The notes under the pieces: model-generated
The model's input: the letters and a program-made list of their open reading frames with translations, nothing else
Databases searched by the model: none
What the model was told of the DNA's origin: nothing
Assembly: GCF_009914755.1 (NCBI RefSeq)
Contig: NC_060947.1
Source of the DNA: the human T2T-CHM13v2.0 reference genome, Homo sapiens
Length of the DNA: 64,000 bases
Direction: 5' to 3' (one strand)
In this document: positions 1-13,803 of the stretch, piece after piece
Position numbering within the stretch: the stretch's first letter is position 1
Layout of the letters: every line of letters starts with the position of its first letter
Position numbers and translations under genes: made by a program

Positions 1-2013
<2,013 letters not shown>

Positions 2014-3049
2014 CAGTGTCTTCTTTAAGCTCACTGGACTCTAATATTTCTATTTTATTTCATGCATATTTATTTGACTATAATCATTTCCAGTCTATAT
2101 TCTTTAATTTAAAATACATAAGTCATCATGATTTGCCATTAGGAAAAACACTAGGACCATGGAGGATGATGGTAACATCCAGTGAAAGCCATCCATTTCT
2201 CCTTTCCACTGGCTCAGCCAGTAAAGGACTGACATCCCTGAGCCACAGCCAATGACTCAAACTTTGGATAGATGATCTGGGCTGAACCAACAAGTCTTCT
2301 CGGAATATTCACCCATGGAGATTGAGGAGGAGTATGGTGTGGTTCTTTGCTTGGCATTCCCCACTCCCACTATTCAAACATATGTGCCTGGTTTTTACAC
2401 TTCCATATCTGAAATGGGTTGCTTTAGAAAAGGAGATAGATCAAATGTTGACGGAAGAAAGAAGTCCTACTCTGCCTGTCATATCATAATAACCCTGTCA
2501 TATCATAATGCTTCTGCAGTGATGAATAGAAGGGTTGGAGCCTGTGCAAGTAAGGAAATTAGAAAAGAGATCCCTGTGTTAGTCCAGGTTTCTTAGTGGA
2601 ATATATAAATATTAAGTGTGCAGATTAGAAAGAAAGGCATCCACAATCTCAGGAGACAAAGAGTAATGATGTTCTCTGGCCTGGTTTACGCTGGAAATGT
2701 AAACCCCCCGCCAAACATAGTAATGGCAGATCTGTGTTTACTTTGATTGGGAGCTAAAACTATAACCAGGAATCCAGTCTGAGAATACACAAAAGAAGCT
2801 TCTGTCTTTCATGTGAGCTTCAGGGATAAAGGTTGCTTAGACCTTGTGGAACCTCCATCTCAATAAATGCTTAATATTCCCAGTGGCCAGAAAAGATGAG
2901 ACAATAAGTCTATGTGTTAATACAAAACTTGTGTCCCAAATTTGTCTCTTAATAATTAAACTGCAGCTTTCTTTCTTGCTTGTTTTCTTTTTTCCTTCTT
3001 TCTATCTGTCCTCTTGAAAAATTCAGTACAAAAGTAATTGTGAGGGTTC

Positions 3050-3768
3050 AGTGACATCACTGAAAATGATGAAATAAAGAATTCTAGTGATACTTCTCTC
3101 CCCAAAATCAAATAATGATTTGGTAATAGCTGTCAGAATCCACTTTTGTAGAACTATGGAATTTAGTCAAAAACTTACAACAACCAGGGGAAGATATGAT
3201 GAAGAAAGAAGCTGCTGCTTTGTGGTAACAGAGCACTGTGGAATTTTAAATTGCCTTTATACCATTCCCCTTTCCCATATTGGCACCAACCACGAGAACA
3301 GCAGCCTTTACTCTTGGTGCAGACTGCTAGTGACAGAAGGAGTAGTGCCGTCTTTACTATCAAAGAATTGTGATTGTGGATCTCAATGTATCTGGCAGCT
3401 CCTTCAAGGACTAGCACAAAGATTCTTTTAGTTTCACCCAAATTACAACATTGCTCAGGCCAAAGAGGCTTCCAGGTCAGCTTTCAACAAAAACATTTAA
3501 AGGTACATGTGTTGACTGCAGTTTGAGACTTTCATAACCCAGTCTTAATAATGAATGCAACAAGTACACAGAAGATCAATAAATAATAGAGTGCTTGAAC
3601 AATAATACTAACCATCCAGACAAAAAAGACATATAGAGGCCACTTCACTCAACAATAGCAGAGTAAGGGACAACACTCAAAACAAGCAATAGACAGACCA
3701 AGAAGCCTAAGAAGAATGAGGCTGAGAGAGAAAATGCACGGGGGAAAGAGAGCTTTTAAAAGTTACTG
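3050..3768 (+). mobile_element. Old L1M (L1MB/L1M4-type) 5' UTR, first segment
   Basis: GTGACATCACTGAAAATGATG...CTGTCAGAATCCACTTTTGTAGAACTATGGAATTTAGTCAAAAACTTACAACAACCAGGGG resembles recalled L1M 5' ends and appears to continue at 12371. Confidence 0.65.
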
Positions 3769-6042
3769 AACAAGCAGTTAAGATGGCCAACTAGATGTAG
3801 CCAGGAGGAACATCTGCCGCCAAGAGACTGGGACATTGGGAAGACTGGCACATTCCAGGCAGATCTTAGGAGGAAAGACATTGAGAGTAGATGGAGGGAG
3901 GAAGCAGATGCTGGGCTGAAGAGGGAGGAAGCTGGGAACCCTGCATGAGACTACTGAGCACTGGTACTCATTTCTGGCCTTTAGTGACTCCTGGGGAAAT
4001 AGTGAGTTGAACAGATGAGGAGTGGCCCACTCTCGCCATGTACCTCCAGAATCCTGGAAGCAGGAGACCCAATGATCCCCCAAAGACACTTGAGCTGGCA
4101 GGGAGAGAAGCATAGAAAAGTGATAAGGGCAGGACTCCAGACTATGCTGAGCCCAGAGGATTGGGTGTGGTAACATTTGTTGTGGAGCATGGCCCGGGAT
4201 GCCCATCCCTTAAGGCTCACCATGCCCCTCTAGGAGACTTTAGCCTTGGGGTGACTGTTGGACCTCAATAGAGAAGGGTGGTTTTGCCAGAGAGACAGAG
4301 CCAATCTGATCTGAGTGCCCCCCGACAACTGGCCTCTACTGAAGCCTCAGCCTGACACATGCCCACTTGCAGCATAGCCTTGGATGCCCAACCAGGGTGC
4401 TTCCCAGGGGCCCCTCATCATAGCTCCTTCACTGTCAGACTGTGTCTGATCATTGGAGATCTCCAGCAGAGCAGCCCCTACTAATGTGCACCAGTCCACC
4501 TACACCCTTCTCCCGCTGCAGCCTCCCCGACATGGCCTTGCTGACATGCACTTGTCCATTCCTGCTCCCCAGCTGCTTTGACAGTGTGTGCATTCAGGCA
4601 GACCTTGCTTTCCCTCTCTCATCAGCATGCACTTGCACATGCACTGTGCTGTGCCACTGCTGCCAGCATGAGTGCACTCCACAATGTCCCCTGCTGATAT
4701 GTGGGCACACAGCCACACTGCCATTGCCAGCACAAATGCACGCAGGAATGCCAATAACACTGACTGCCCACAACCCTGCGCTGCAACCACAGCTGCTGCT
4801 AATGTGCCCATGGCAACCCTGCCTCCCCCTGCCACCACCACTGCTGCCGCTGATGGTGGAAGTGCAAGAACAGACACCAGCAAACCCATCCCCACCAGAG
4901 CCCCACCCCTACCACACTGCCAGCAGGAGTGTATGCAGGAATGCTGCAGCTCCCCTCCTGCTGGTATCCAACCCCAGCCAACTCACATGCACTCTGCCAC
5001 ACTGCCAAGACTGCTGGCTTACATGAATGAGCACAGACCCCACTGTGACCACCCTGATGAAGTGGTTTATCCAGGACCACCCATCAGAGGGCTGTAGCCA
5101 GCAGACCAGAAGTACCTTGGTCCTTTCAGCACAGCGGTACCTAACCTAGAGGGACTAGAGAAGAAAGACAGGAGCCCTGTACCAGCCCCCTAGAGTTAGA
5201 GCATGCAGCCCAGAAGTGCTGAGCTAAACCTTGGCCCTTGGAAATCTTCCAGAAACAAAGCTAGCTGACTGAACCCACCTTATACCAAAATCAAATCCCA
5301 AGGGCACCAAAGAAGAAAAAAGAAAAACAACGACAACAACAAAAAAAAATCCAAAAGACAGCAGCTTCAACGATCAAAGGAACATCAGCCCACACAAATG
5401 AGAAAGAACCAGTGCAAGAACTCTGGCAACTCAAAAAGCCAGAGTGTTTTCTCATCTCAAAATGACTGCACTAGTTTCCCAGCAATTGTCCTTACCCAGG
5501 CTGAAACGGCTGAAATGACACACATAGAACTCAGAACATGAATAGGAATGAAGATCACTGACATTCAGAAGAAAGTTGAAGTGCAATCCAAGGAACTTAA
5601 GGAACATGATAAAATGATACAAGAGATAAAAGATAAAATGACCATTTTAAGGAGAACCAAACAGAACAGATAGAAATGAAATACTCATTTCAAGAATTTT
5701 ATAATACAATCACGAGTATTAATGGCAGAATTGAGCAAGCTGAAGAAAGCATCTCAGAGATGGAAGATGGATTCTCTGAAATAATTCAGTCAGACAAACA
5801 TAAAGACAAAAACAATAAAGAAGGAAGAATAAAACCTCTGAGAAATATGAGATTCTGTAAAGAGACCAAATCTATGACTCAATGGCATCCCTGAAAGACA
5901 GGGAGAGAAAGCAAGCAACTTGGAAAACATATTTGAGAGTATCAGCCACAAAAATTTCCCAAACCTCACAAAAGAGGCCAATATTCAAATCCAGAAAATG
6001 CAGAGAACCCTTGCAATATACCATACAAGATGACCATCCCAG

Positions 6043-6336
6043 TGCCGGGCGAGGTGGCTCACACCTGTAATCCCAGCACTTTGGGAGGCCAAGGAGGGCA
6101 GATCACCTGAGGTCAGGAGTTTGAGACCAGCCTGGCCAACATGGTGAAACCCCGTCTCTACTAAAAATACAAAATTAGCTGGGCATGGTAGTACATGCCT
6201 GTAATCCCAGCTATTTGGGAGGCTGAGGCAGGAGAATCCTTGAACCTGGGAGCCAGAGGCTATGGTGAGCTGAGACCGTGCCACTGCACTCCAGCCTGGG
6301 CAACAAGAGTGAAACTCCGTCTAAAAAAAAAAAAAA
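6043..6336 (+). mobile_element. AluS (AluSq-like) SINE inside L1PA16 ORF1
   Basis: Dimeric Alu with GATCACCTGAGGTCAGGAG and GCAACAAGAGTGAAACTCCGTCT, an A-tail, and TSD ATGACCATC at 6030-6038 and 6336-6344. Confidence 0.95.
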
Positions 6337-7879
6337 TGACCATCTCCAAGACACATAGTCATCTGATTTCCAAGGTCAAAATGAAAGAAAAAATGCTAAA
6401 AGCAGTCAGGGAGAAGGGGTAGTCATCTACAAAGGGAGCTCCATCAAACTAAGAGTGGTCATTTCAGCAGAAACCCTACAAGCCAGGAGGGATTGGGGGC
6501 ATATATTCAGCATTCTTAAAATAAGAAATTTCAACCAAGAATTTCATATCCAGACAAACTAAGTTTCATAAGCAAAGGAGAGATACATTTCTTTTCAGAT
6601 GAGCAAAAGCTAAGGGAATTCATTATGACCAGGCCAGCAAGACTTGCAAGAACCTTACAAGAGGTCCTTAAGGGGGTGTTAAATATGGAAAGGAAAGACA
6701 GTTACTAGCCACCACAAAAATACACTTTATTATACAGACCATTGACACTGTAAAGCCACCATAAAATAATGTCTGTATAGTAACCAGCTAAAAACATGAT
6801 GTCAGGATCAAATCCACATATATTAATATTAACCTTAAATGTAAATGGGCTAAATGCCCAAATTATAATAAGAGGCATAGAGTGGCAAATTGGATAATGA
6901 AGGAAGATTCCCTGTATGCTGTCTGCTGTCTTCAAGAGACTGATCTCACGTGCAATGAAATCCATAGCCTGAAAGTGAAGGAATGGAGAAAAATTTAGCA
7001 AGCAAATCAAAAACGATGAAGCAGGGGTTGCTATTATAATTTCAGACAAAACAAACTTAAAAAACCAAATATCAAAAGAGACAAGGAAGGACATTACATA
7101 ATGGTAAAGGGTTTAATTCCACGAGAAGACCTAACTATCCAAAATATATATGCACCCAACACACAAGCACACACATTCATAAAGCAAGATCTGAGAGATC
7201 TACAGAAAGACTTCAATAACCACACAATAGTAGTGGGAGACTTCAACATCCCACAGACAGTATTAGACAGATCATCGGGGCAAAAAACTAGCAAAGGTTT
7301 TGGTACCTGAACTCAACACTTAACCAAATGGATTTAACAGACACCTACAGAACTCCCCACTCAAAAACGACAGAACATTCTTCTCATCTGCACCAGGCAC
7401 ATACTGTAAAATTGACCACACAATCATCCATAAAACAAATCTCAGCAAGTTAAAAAAAAATCATACCAACCACGCTTTCAGATCACAGTGCAATACTATA
7501 TAAATAAATACTAAGAAAATCACTCAGAAACCATAGGATTATATGAAAATTAAACAGCCTGCTCCTGAATGACTTTTGGGTAAACAATAAAATTAAGGCA
7601 GAAATCAAGAAATTCTTTGAAACCAGTGAGAAGAAAAATACAACATATCAGAATCTCTGGGACACAGTTAAGCAGTGTTAAGAGGGAAGTTTATAGCACT
7701 AAATGCCCACATAAAAAATTAGAAAGATCTCAAATTAACACCTAACATTACACCTAGAAGAACTAAATAAACAAATACAAACCAATGTCAATCCTGGCAA
7801 GCGAAGAGAAATAACCAAAATTGTAGCTCAATTGAACAAAATTGAGAAGTGAAAAACCATACAAAAGATCAAGTAAACC

Positions 7880-8264
<385 letters not shown>

Positions 8265-11200
8265 CTAAACTAATAAAGAAAAAAAGAGAGAAGATCCAAA
8301 TAAATGCAATCAGAAATTAAAAAAGGGGAAATTACCACCGACCCCACAGAAATACAAAAATCCCTCAAAGACTACTAAGAACACCCCTATACACACAAAC
8401 TAGAAAACCTAGAAGAAAAGGATAAATTCCTGGCAAGATGCAACTTCCCAAGATTGAACCAGGAAGAATTGAATCCCTGAGCAGACCAATAATATTTTCA
8501 AAAATTGAATCAGTAATAACATGCCTACCAACCAGATAAAAAGCCCAGGACAAGAGGAATTTACAGCTGAATTTTACCATATGTATAAAGAGGAGCTGGT
8601 ACCATTCCTACTGAAACTATTCCCAAAAATTGAGGAGAAGGGAGTCCTCTATAATTCATTCTGTGAGGCCAGCATCATTCTGATACCAAAATCTGGCATA
8701 GACACAAAAATAAAAAAAAAGGATTCAGGCCAATATTCTTGATGAACAACATACTATGAAACCATATCCAGTAGTATATTAAAAAGCTAATCCACCATGA
8801 CCAACTAGGCTTTATCCCTGGAATGCAAGGTTGGTTCAACATATGCAAATCAATAAATGTGATTCACGACATAAACAGAACTATAAACAAAAACCGTATG
8901 ATCATCTCAATAGACCCAGAAAGGCTTTTGATAAAATTCAACATCCTTTCATATAAAAAACCCTGAAAAAACTAGGCATCAAGAGAACATACCTCAAAAT
9001 AAGAATGATCTATGACAAACACACATACTGGATGGGCAAAAGCTGGAAGCGTTCTCCTTGAGAACCAGAGCAAGGCAAGAATGCCACATCTCAATACTGC
9101 TATTCAACATAGTACTGGAAATCCTGGCCAGACCCATCAGGCAAGAGAAAGAAATAAAAAGCATTCAAATTGGAAGAAAGACAGTCAAACTGTCTCTCTT
9201 CACAAAAATATGATTTTATACTTAGAAAACACTATAGTCTATGCCCCAAAGCTCCTAATTTTGATAAACATCTTCAGCTGAGTTTCAGGATACAAAATCA
9301 ATGCACAAAAATCACTAGTGTTCATATACACCAACAACTTCCAAACTGAGAGCCAAATCAAGAAAGCAATCCCATTCACAGTAGTCACATTAAGAATAAA
9401 ATACCTAAGAATACAGCCAACCAGGGAGGTAAATGATATCTACAATGAGAATTACAAAATACTGCTGAAAAAAAATAAAAGATTCACAAACAAATGGGAA
9501 AACATTCCATGCTCATGGATAAGAAGAATCAATATTGTTAAAATGGCCATATTGCCCAAAGCAATGTATGGATCACAGTGCAATATTATATAAATAAATA
9601 CTAAGAAAATCACTCAAAAACCATAGAACTATATGAAAATTAAACCACTATTTCTATCAAACTACTAATGAGATTCTTCACAGAATTAGAAAAAAATATT
9701 TTAAAATTCATATGGAATCAAAAAGAGCCCTAAAAGCCAAGGCAATCCTAAGCAAAAAGAACAGTCAGAGGCATCACATTACCTGACTTCAAACTATACC
9801 ACAAGGCTACAGTAATGAAGACAGCATGGTGCTGGTACAAAAATAGACACAAAGAAACAGAATAGAGAGCCCAGAAACCATGCCACACAACTACAACCAT
9901 CTGATATTTGACAAATTTGACAAAAACAAGCAATTGGGAAAAGTTCTCTCTATTTAAAAAATGGTGCTGTGATAACTGGCTAGTATTATGCAGAAGGTTG
10001 AAACTGGACCCATTCCTTATACCATATAAGATGTATTTAAGGCTTAAATGTAAAACCTGCATCAAAATAAAAAAAGCTACTGGAAAATAACCTAGGAAAT
10101 GCTATTCTGAACATAGACTCTGGAAAGATTTCACAACAAAGATGTCAAAAGCAATTGCAACAAAAGCCAAGAATTGACAAATGGGACCTAATTAAACTAA
10201 AGAACTTCTGCAAGCAAAAGAAACTACCAAAAGAGTAAACAGACAACCTACAGAGTAAACAGACAACCTACAGAATGGGAGAAAATATTTGCAAACTATG
10301 CATCCAATAAAGGTCTAATATCCAGAGTCTATAAGGAACTGAAATAAATTAACAAGCAAAACCCAAACAACCCGTTAAAAAGTGGGCAAAGGATATGAGC
10401 AGAGACTTCCCAAAGGAAGGCATACACATGGCTAACAAGCCTATGAAAAAATGTTCAACATCACCAATCATTAGAGAAATGCAAATGAAAACCACAATGA
10501 GATAGCATTTCACACTAGTCAGAATGGCTATTATGAAAAAGTCAGAAAATAACAGATGCTGGTGAGATTGTGGTGAAAAGTACATGCTTATACACTGCTG
10601 GTGGCCATGTAAATTAGCTCAGCCATTGTGGAAATCAGTTTGGAAATTTCTTAAAGAATTTAAAAGAGAAATATCATTCAATCCAGCAATCTCATTATTG
10701 GGTATATACTCAAAGTAATATAAATCATTCTACCATAAAGTCTCATGCATGTGTATGTTCATTGAAGCACTATTCAAAATAGCAAAGAGATGAAATCAAC
10801 CTAAATGTCCATCAACGATAGACTACAGAAAATGTGGTACATATACACAATGGAATACCATATAGTCATTAAAGAGCATGAGATCCTGTCCTTTGCAGCA
10901 GTGTGGATGGAGCTGAAGGACATTATCCTAAGCAAAGTAATGCAGGAACAGAAAACCAAAGACCACCTGTTCTCACTTATAAGTGGGAGCTAAGCATTGA
11001 GTACACATGGACACAAAGAAAGGCACAACAGACACTGGGGCCTACTTGAAGATAGAGGGTGAAAGGAGGGTGAGGACCAAAGAATTCCCTATTGGATACT
11101 ATGATTATTACCTGAGTGATGAAATAATCTGTACATCAAACCCCAATGACACACAATTTGCTTATATAACAAACCTGTGCATGTGTCCCTGAACCTAAAA

Positions 11201-11959
11201 TAAAAGTTTAAAAAAAAAAAGAAATAAACAGAGCTGGTACCACAAATGATTTCTTTAGCACCTGAAAGGGAATAAGGAAAAGACTCCAAAAATTTTCTAC
11301 ATACTTTACCCCAACCAGCCCAGACCTTTACGGTGAACTCAGTCATTGAATGATTTTGTATTGATGTCTGTACGCTCAAGAGCTGAAGAAATCTTAAATG
11401 GGTACTACAGATCTCAAGTTGACAGCAATGAAATCAACCTAAATGCCTATCAAAGGTAGACTGGATAAAGCAAATGTGGTATATCTACCAGAACACTTTA
11501 AGGTTGCCTACGAAAAAATTGACCAGTACCAAACACTGCAGCAACACAAAAAGAAAAATTGCTCATTCAAAAGGAAAGGGATTGTAAGGTGGCATAGAGC
11601 TGTGTCTACAAGCTTCATTAAACAAAATATATTGGTCCCCTAAAATCATCCAGATAGGGATAGGGACATGAGATTTGAGCAAACTCAGAAAAAAAATTGA
11701 TGAAGAAAGTGAAGACTGCTTTTGGGAGGGTGCTGTTACACAAGTACAGAGGAAAGCCAGCAAGTGCTAGAAAAGAGGGATCCACTAACCATAAGGGAGA
11801 CCGCCTGTCAAACACAGAGCTTGTTCCTAGGATTGTCAAGAAGCTTTCATATCCCAACTTATTTACACCCAAAATGAGAAAACTCTCAGAGAATTGTAAT
11901 CCAAGGCAATTTATCATTTTGTTGGGGTCAAGAGGAATAATGAAATTAGAATGGATTTT

Positions 11960-12100
11960 CTTGCTACCCAAGTATGGCATCTCTAAGGAGCTTGTCTGAA
12001 ATGCAGAATCTCAGTTTCCACCTGAGTCTTCTGAGTCAGAACCTGCATTTTAGCAGGATCCTCAGTTGACTTGTATGTACCTGCATTTTGAGAAGCATTG
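11960..12100. mobile_element. MER5A-like hAT-Charlie DNA transposon remnant
   Basis: GGAGCTTGTCTGAAATGCAGAATCTCAG...GAGTCAGAACCTGCATTTTAGCAGGATCCTCAG...TTTGAGAAGCATTG matches the MER5A internal inverted-repeat pattern. Confidence 0.8.
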
Positions 12101-12319
12101 GATTACATTGCTTTGAGGTTCCTCCCAGTCCAATTAATCAGTGGTGCATTCAGTCTAAAGTCAATTTTTATTTAACTATATATTCATAAATGTGCCTATA
12201 TAAGTGTGTATGTGCATACATACATATACATATATGTTAGAAAATCATACTAAAAGGGGATTTTTTTGTTTTGTTTCTGGAGAAAGTGATGCAGACTTTC
12301 AAATGGCTACTTTTAACAG

Positions 12320-12358
12320 TGGAGGGTGTAGTGAGAATTAAATGAATAACATTTATAA
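12320..12358 (+). mobile_element. Short MIR core fragment
   Basis: GGGTGTAGTGAGAATTAAATGAATAACAT resembles the MIR core GGTTGTTGTGAGGATTAAATGAGATAAT. The match is very short. Confidence 0.45.
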
Positions 12359-12370
12359 TTGGTAAGTCAT

Positions 12371-13075
12371 TAAAAACTCCCTGTATATACTGGGGGAATA
12401 AGAAAGCCATATGCATGTCCAGGAAAGACTCATGATTAGTAAAGGCTTGAAAATAATCTAGTTTTCACTTCTGGCTGACCTTCAGGCTCCACACAAGCAG
12501 CGAGTGAAGGGTAAAGTTGATTTGTAAACATCCTGGTTAAGCATTGAAGGAGTGCCCTAATAGAAAGCCAATAAGTAAAGACTAATATAATATTTTTTCT
12601 TTTTGTTTTCTTTTTTTCTTTTTTGTTGATACCAGTATTTAAGAAAACCTCTCTCAAAATACTAGTTGACCACTATGCTAATGAGACAAAGACTTCAGTG
12701 GCCTCACATGACAAGGAAGGCAAGCTTTACAAAAAGAGTTTAGAAAAATCACCAAACAAACAACAATAACACTACCTCCAAAATAGCAACAACAAACCCC
12801 AGGTGGGACAGGGGTATATTGTTTCTAGAGTTGTCACAGTAGCTTATTTCAAATGTCAGATTTTCAACAAAAATTATGAGGCATACAAAAAACAAAGTAT
12901 GGCCCACTGAAAAGAAAAAAAGAAATTAATAGAAACTGTTCATGGCCTGGGCATTGGATTTACTAAACAGAAACTTTAAATCAACTATCTTAAATATGCT
13001 CAAAGAGTTAAGAAAATCATGGACAAAGAACTAAATCAAAGCAAGAGAATGGTGTCTCATCAAATAGGGAATATT
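12371..13075 (+). mobile_element. Old L1M 5' UTR/ORF1 start, continuation of the 3050-3768 element
   Basis: GCTGACCTTCAGGCTCCACACAAGCAG...GACTTCAGTGGCC...ACTTTAAATCAACTATCTTAAATATGCTCAAAGAG is typical L1M 5' UTR/ORF1 sequence. Confidence 0.7.
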
Positions 13076-13120
13076 TCCTCTCTTTCTTTATCTCACTTAT
13101 TTTTCTAGCCATGCTTCTTA

Positions 13121-13643
13121 TTATTTCCCTCGAGTAATCTCAATTACAATAAAATGCTAAAGATCAACTAGCCGCTACCATTAGCCAGCTACCATAGCTA
13201 TATAATGCAGCTTCTCCTATAGAAACTTCACAAAGAAGTCTTACTTCTTGACCCTCAAAAATTACTCAGACCTCTAAGTTTTAAAAATCAGTAACAGTTA
13301 CTACTTCACCCTGCCCTGCTAGTCACATAATTATAAATAATTCTAATAATACATTTAATAAAACTCCTCGAGTAACAGCATTAGACCCCAAAACCTCAGG
13401 ATTGAGATTCCCCTCAGTAGCCATTGCTATAGTATTATACACAAATATCACTAATATACCTCCTAAATAAATTAAAAATACAATTAAACCCATAAATGTA
13501 CCACCAAAATGTAACACAATGCCACAATTTACCCCTTCAGTAAAAATTAACCTCAATCCTCCATAAATAGGAGAAGGTTTTGAAGAGAAGCCCACAAAAC
13601 CTACATCAAAGACAATACTTAATAAAAATACAGTATATGTCAT
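13121..13643 (-). pseudogene. MT-ND6: NUMT ND6 pseudogene
   Basis: ORF 13323-13679(-) contains [30 protein letters not shown]...[17 protein letters not shown], the ND6 signature. The C-terminus EITRGK* ends at 13121. Confidence 0.95.
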
Positions 13644-13712
13644 AATTCTCACATGGTATCTAACTATGACCAGTGACATGAAAAATCATTGTTGTATTTC
13701 AACTATAAGGAC
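13644..13712 (-). pseudogene. MT-TE: NUMT tRNA-Glu pseudogene
   Basis: AATTCTCACATGG...CATGAAAAATCATTGTTGTATTTCAACTATAAGGAC lies between ND6 and CYTB, as in vertebrate mtDNA. Confidence 0.9.
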
Positions 13713-13716
13713 TCTA

Positions 13717-13803
13717 ATGACCAACATACAAAAATTCACCCCCTAAAAAGATTATTAATCATTTATTTATTGATTCATCAGCACCATCAAATATCTCATT
13801 ATG
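13717..13803 (+). pseudogene. MT-CYB: NUMT cytochrome b 5' fragment (~87 bp)
   Basis: ATGACCAACATACAAAAATTCACCCC...GCACCATCAAATATCTCATTATG corresponds to MTN...HP...APSNIS. The sequence then stops abruptly. Confidence 0.9.

Noticed and set aside
2014-3049. Unique-looking stretch with two short ORFs
   Set aside because: No recognisable protein, splice pattern or CpG island, so nothing is supportable beyond a 19-bp tandem duplication.
4442-5097. Overlapping Pro/Cys/Ala-rich ORFs
   Set aside because: They lie in the GC-rich L1PA16 5' UTR and contain no recognisable domain.
13323-13679. 118-aa hydrophobic ORF as a nuclear membrane-protein gene
   Set aside because: It is decayed mitochondrial ND6 read in the standard code from an upstream codon in tRNA-Glu, with indels and no promoter evidence.
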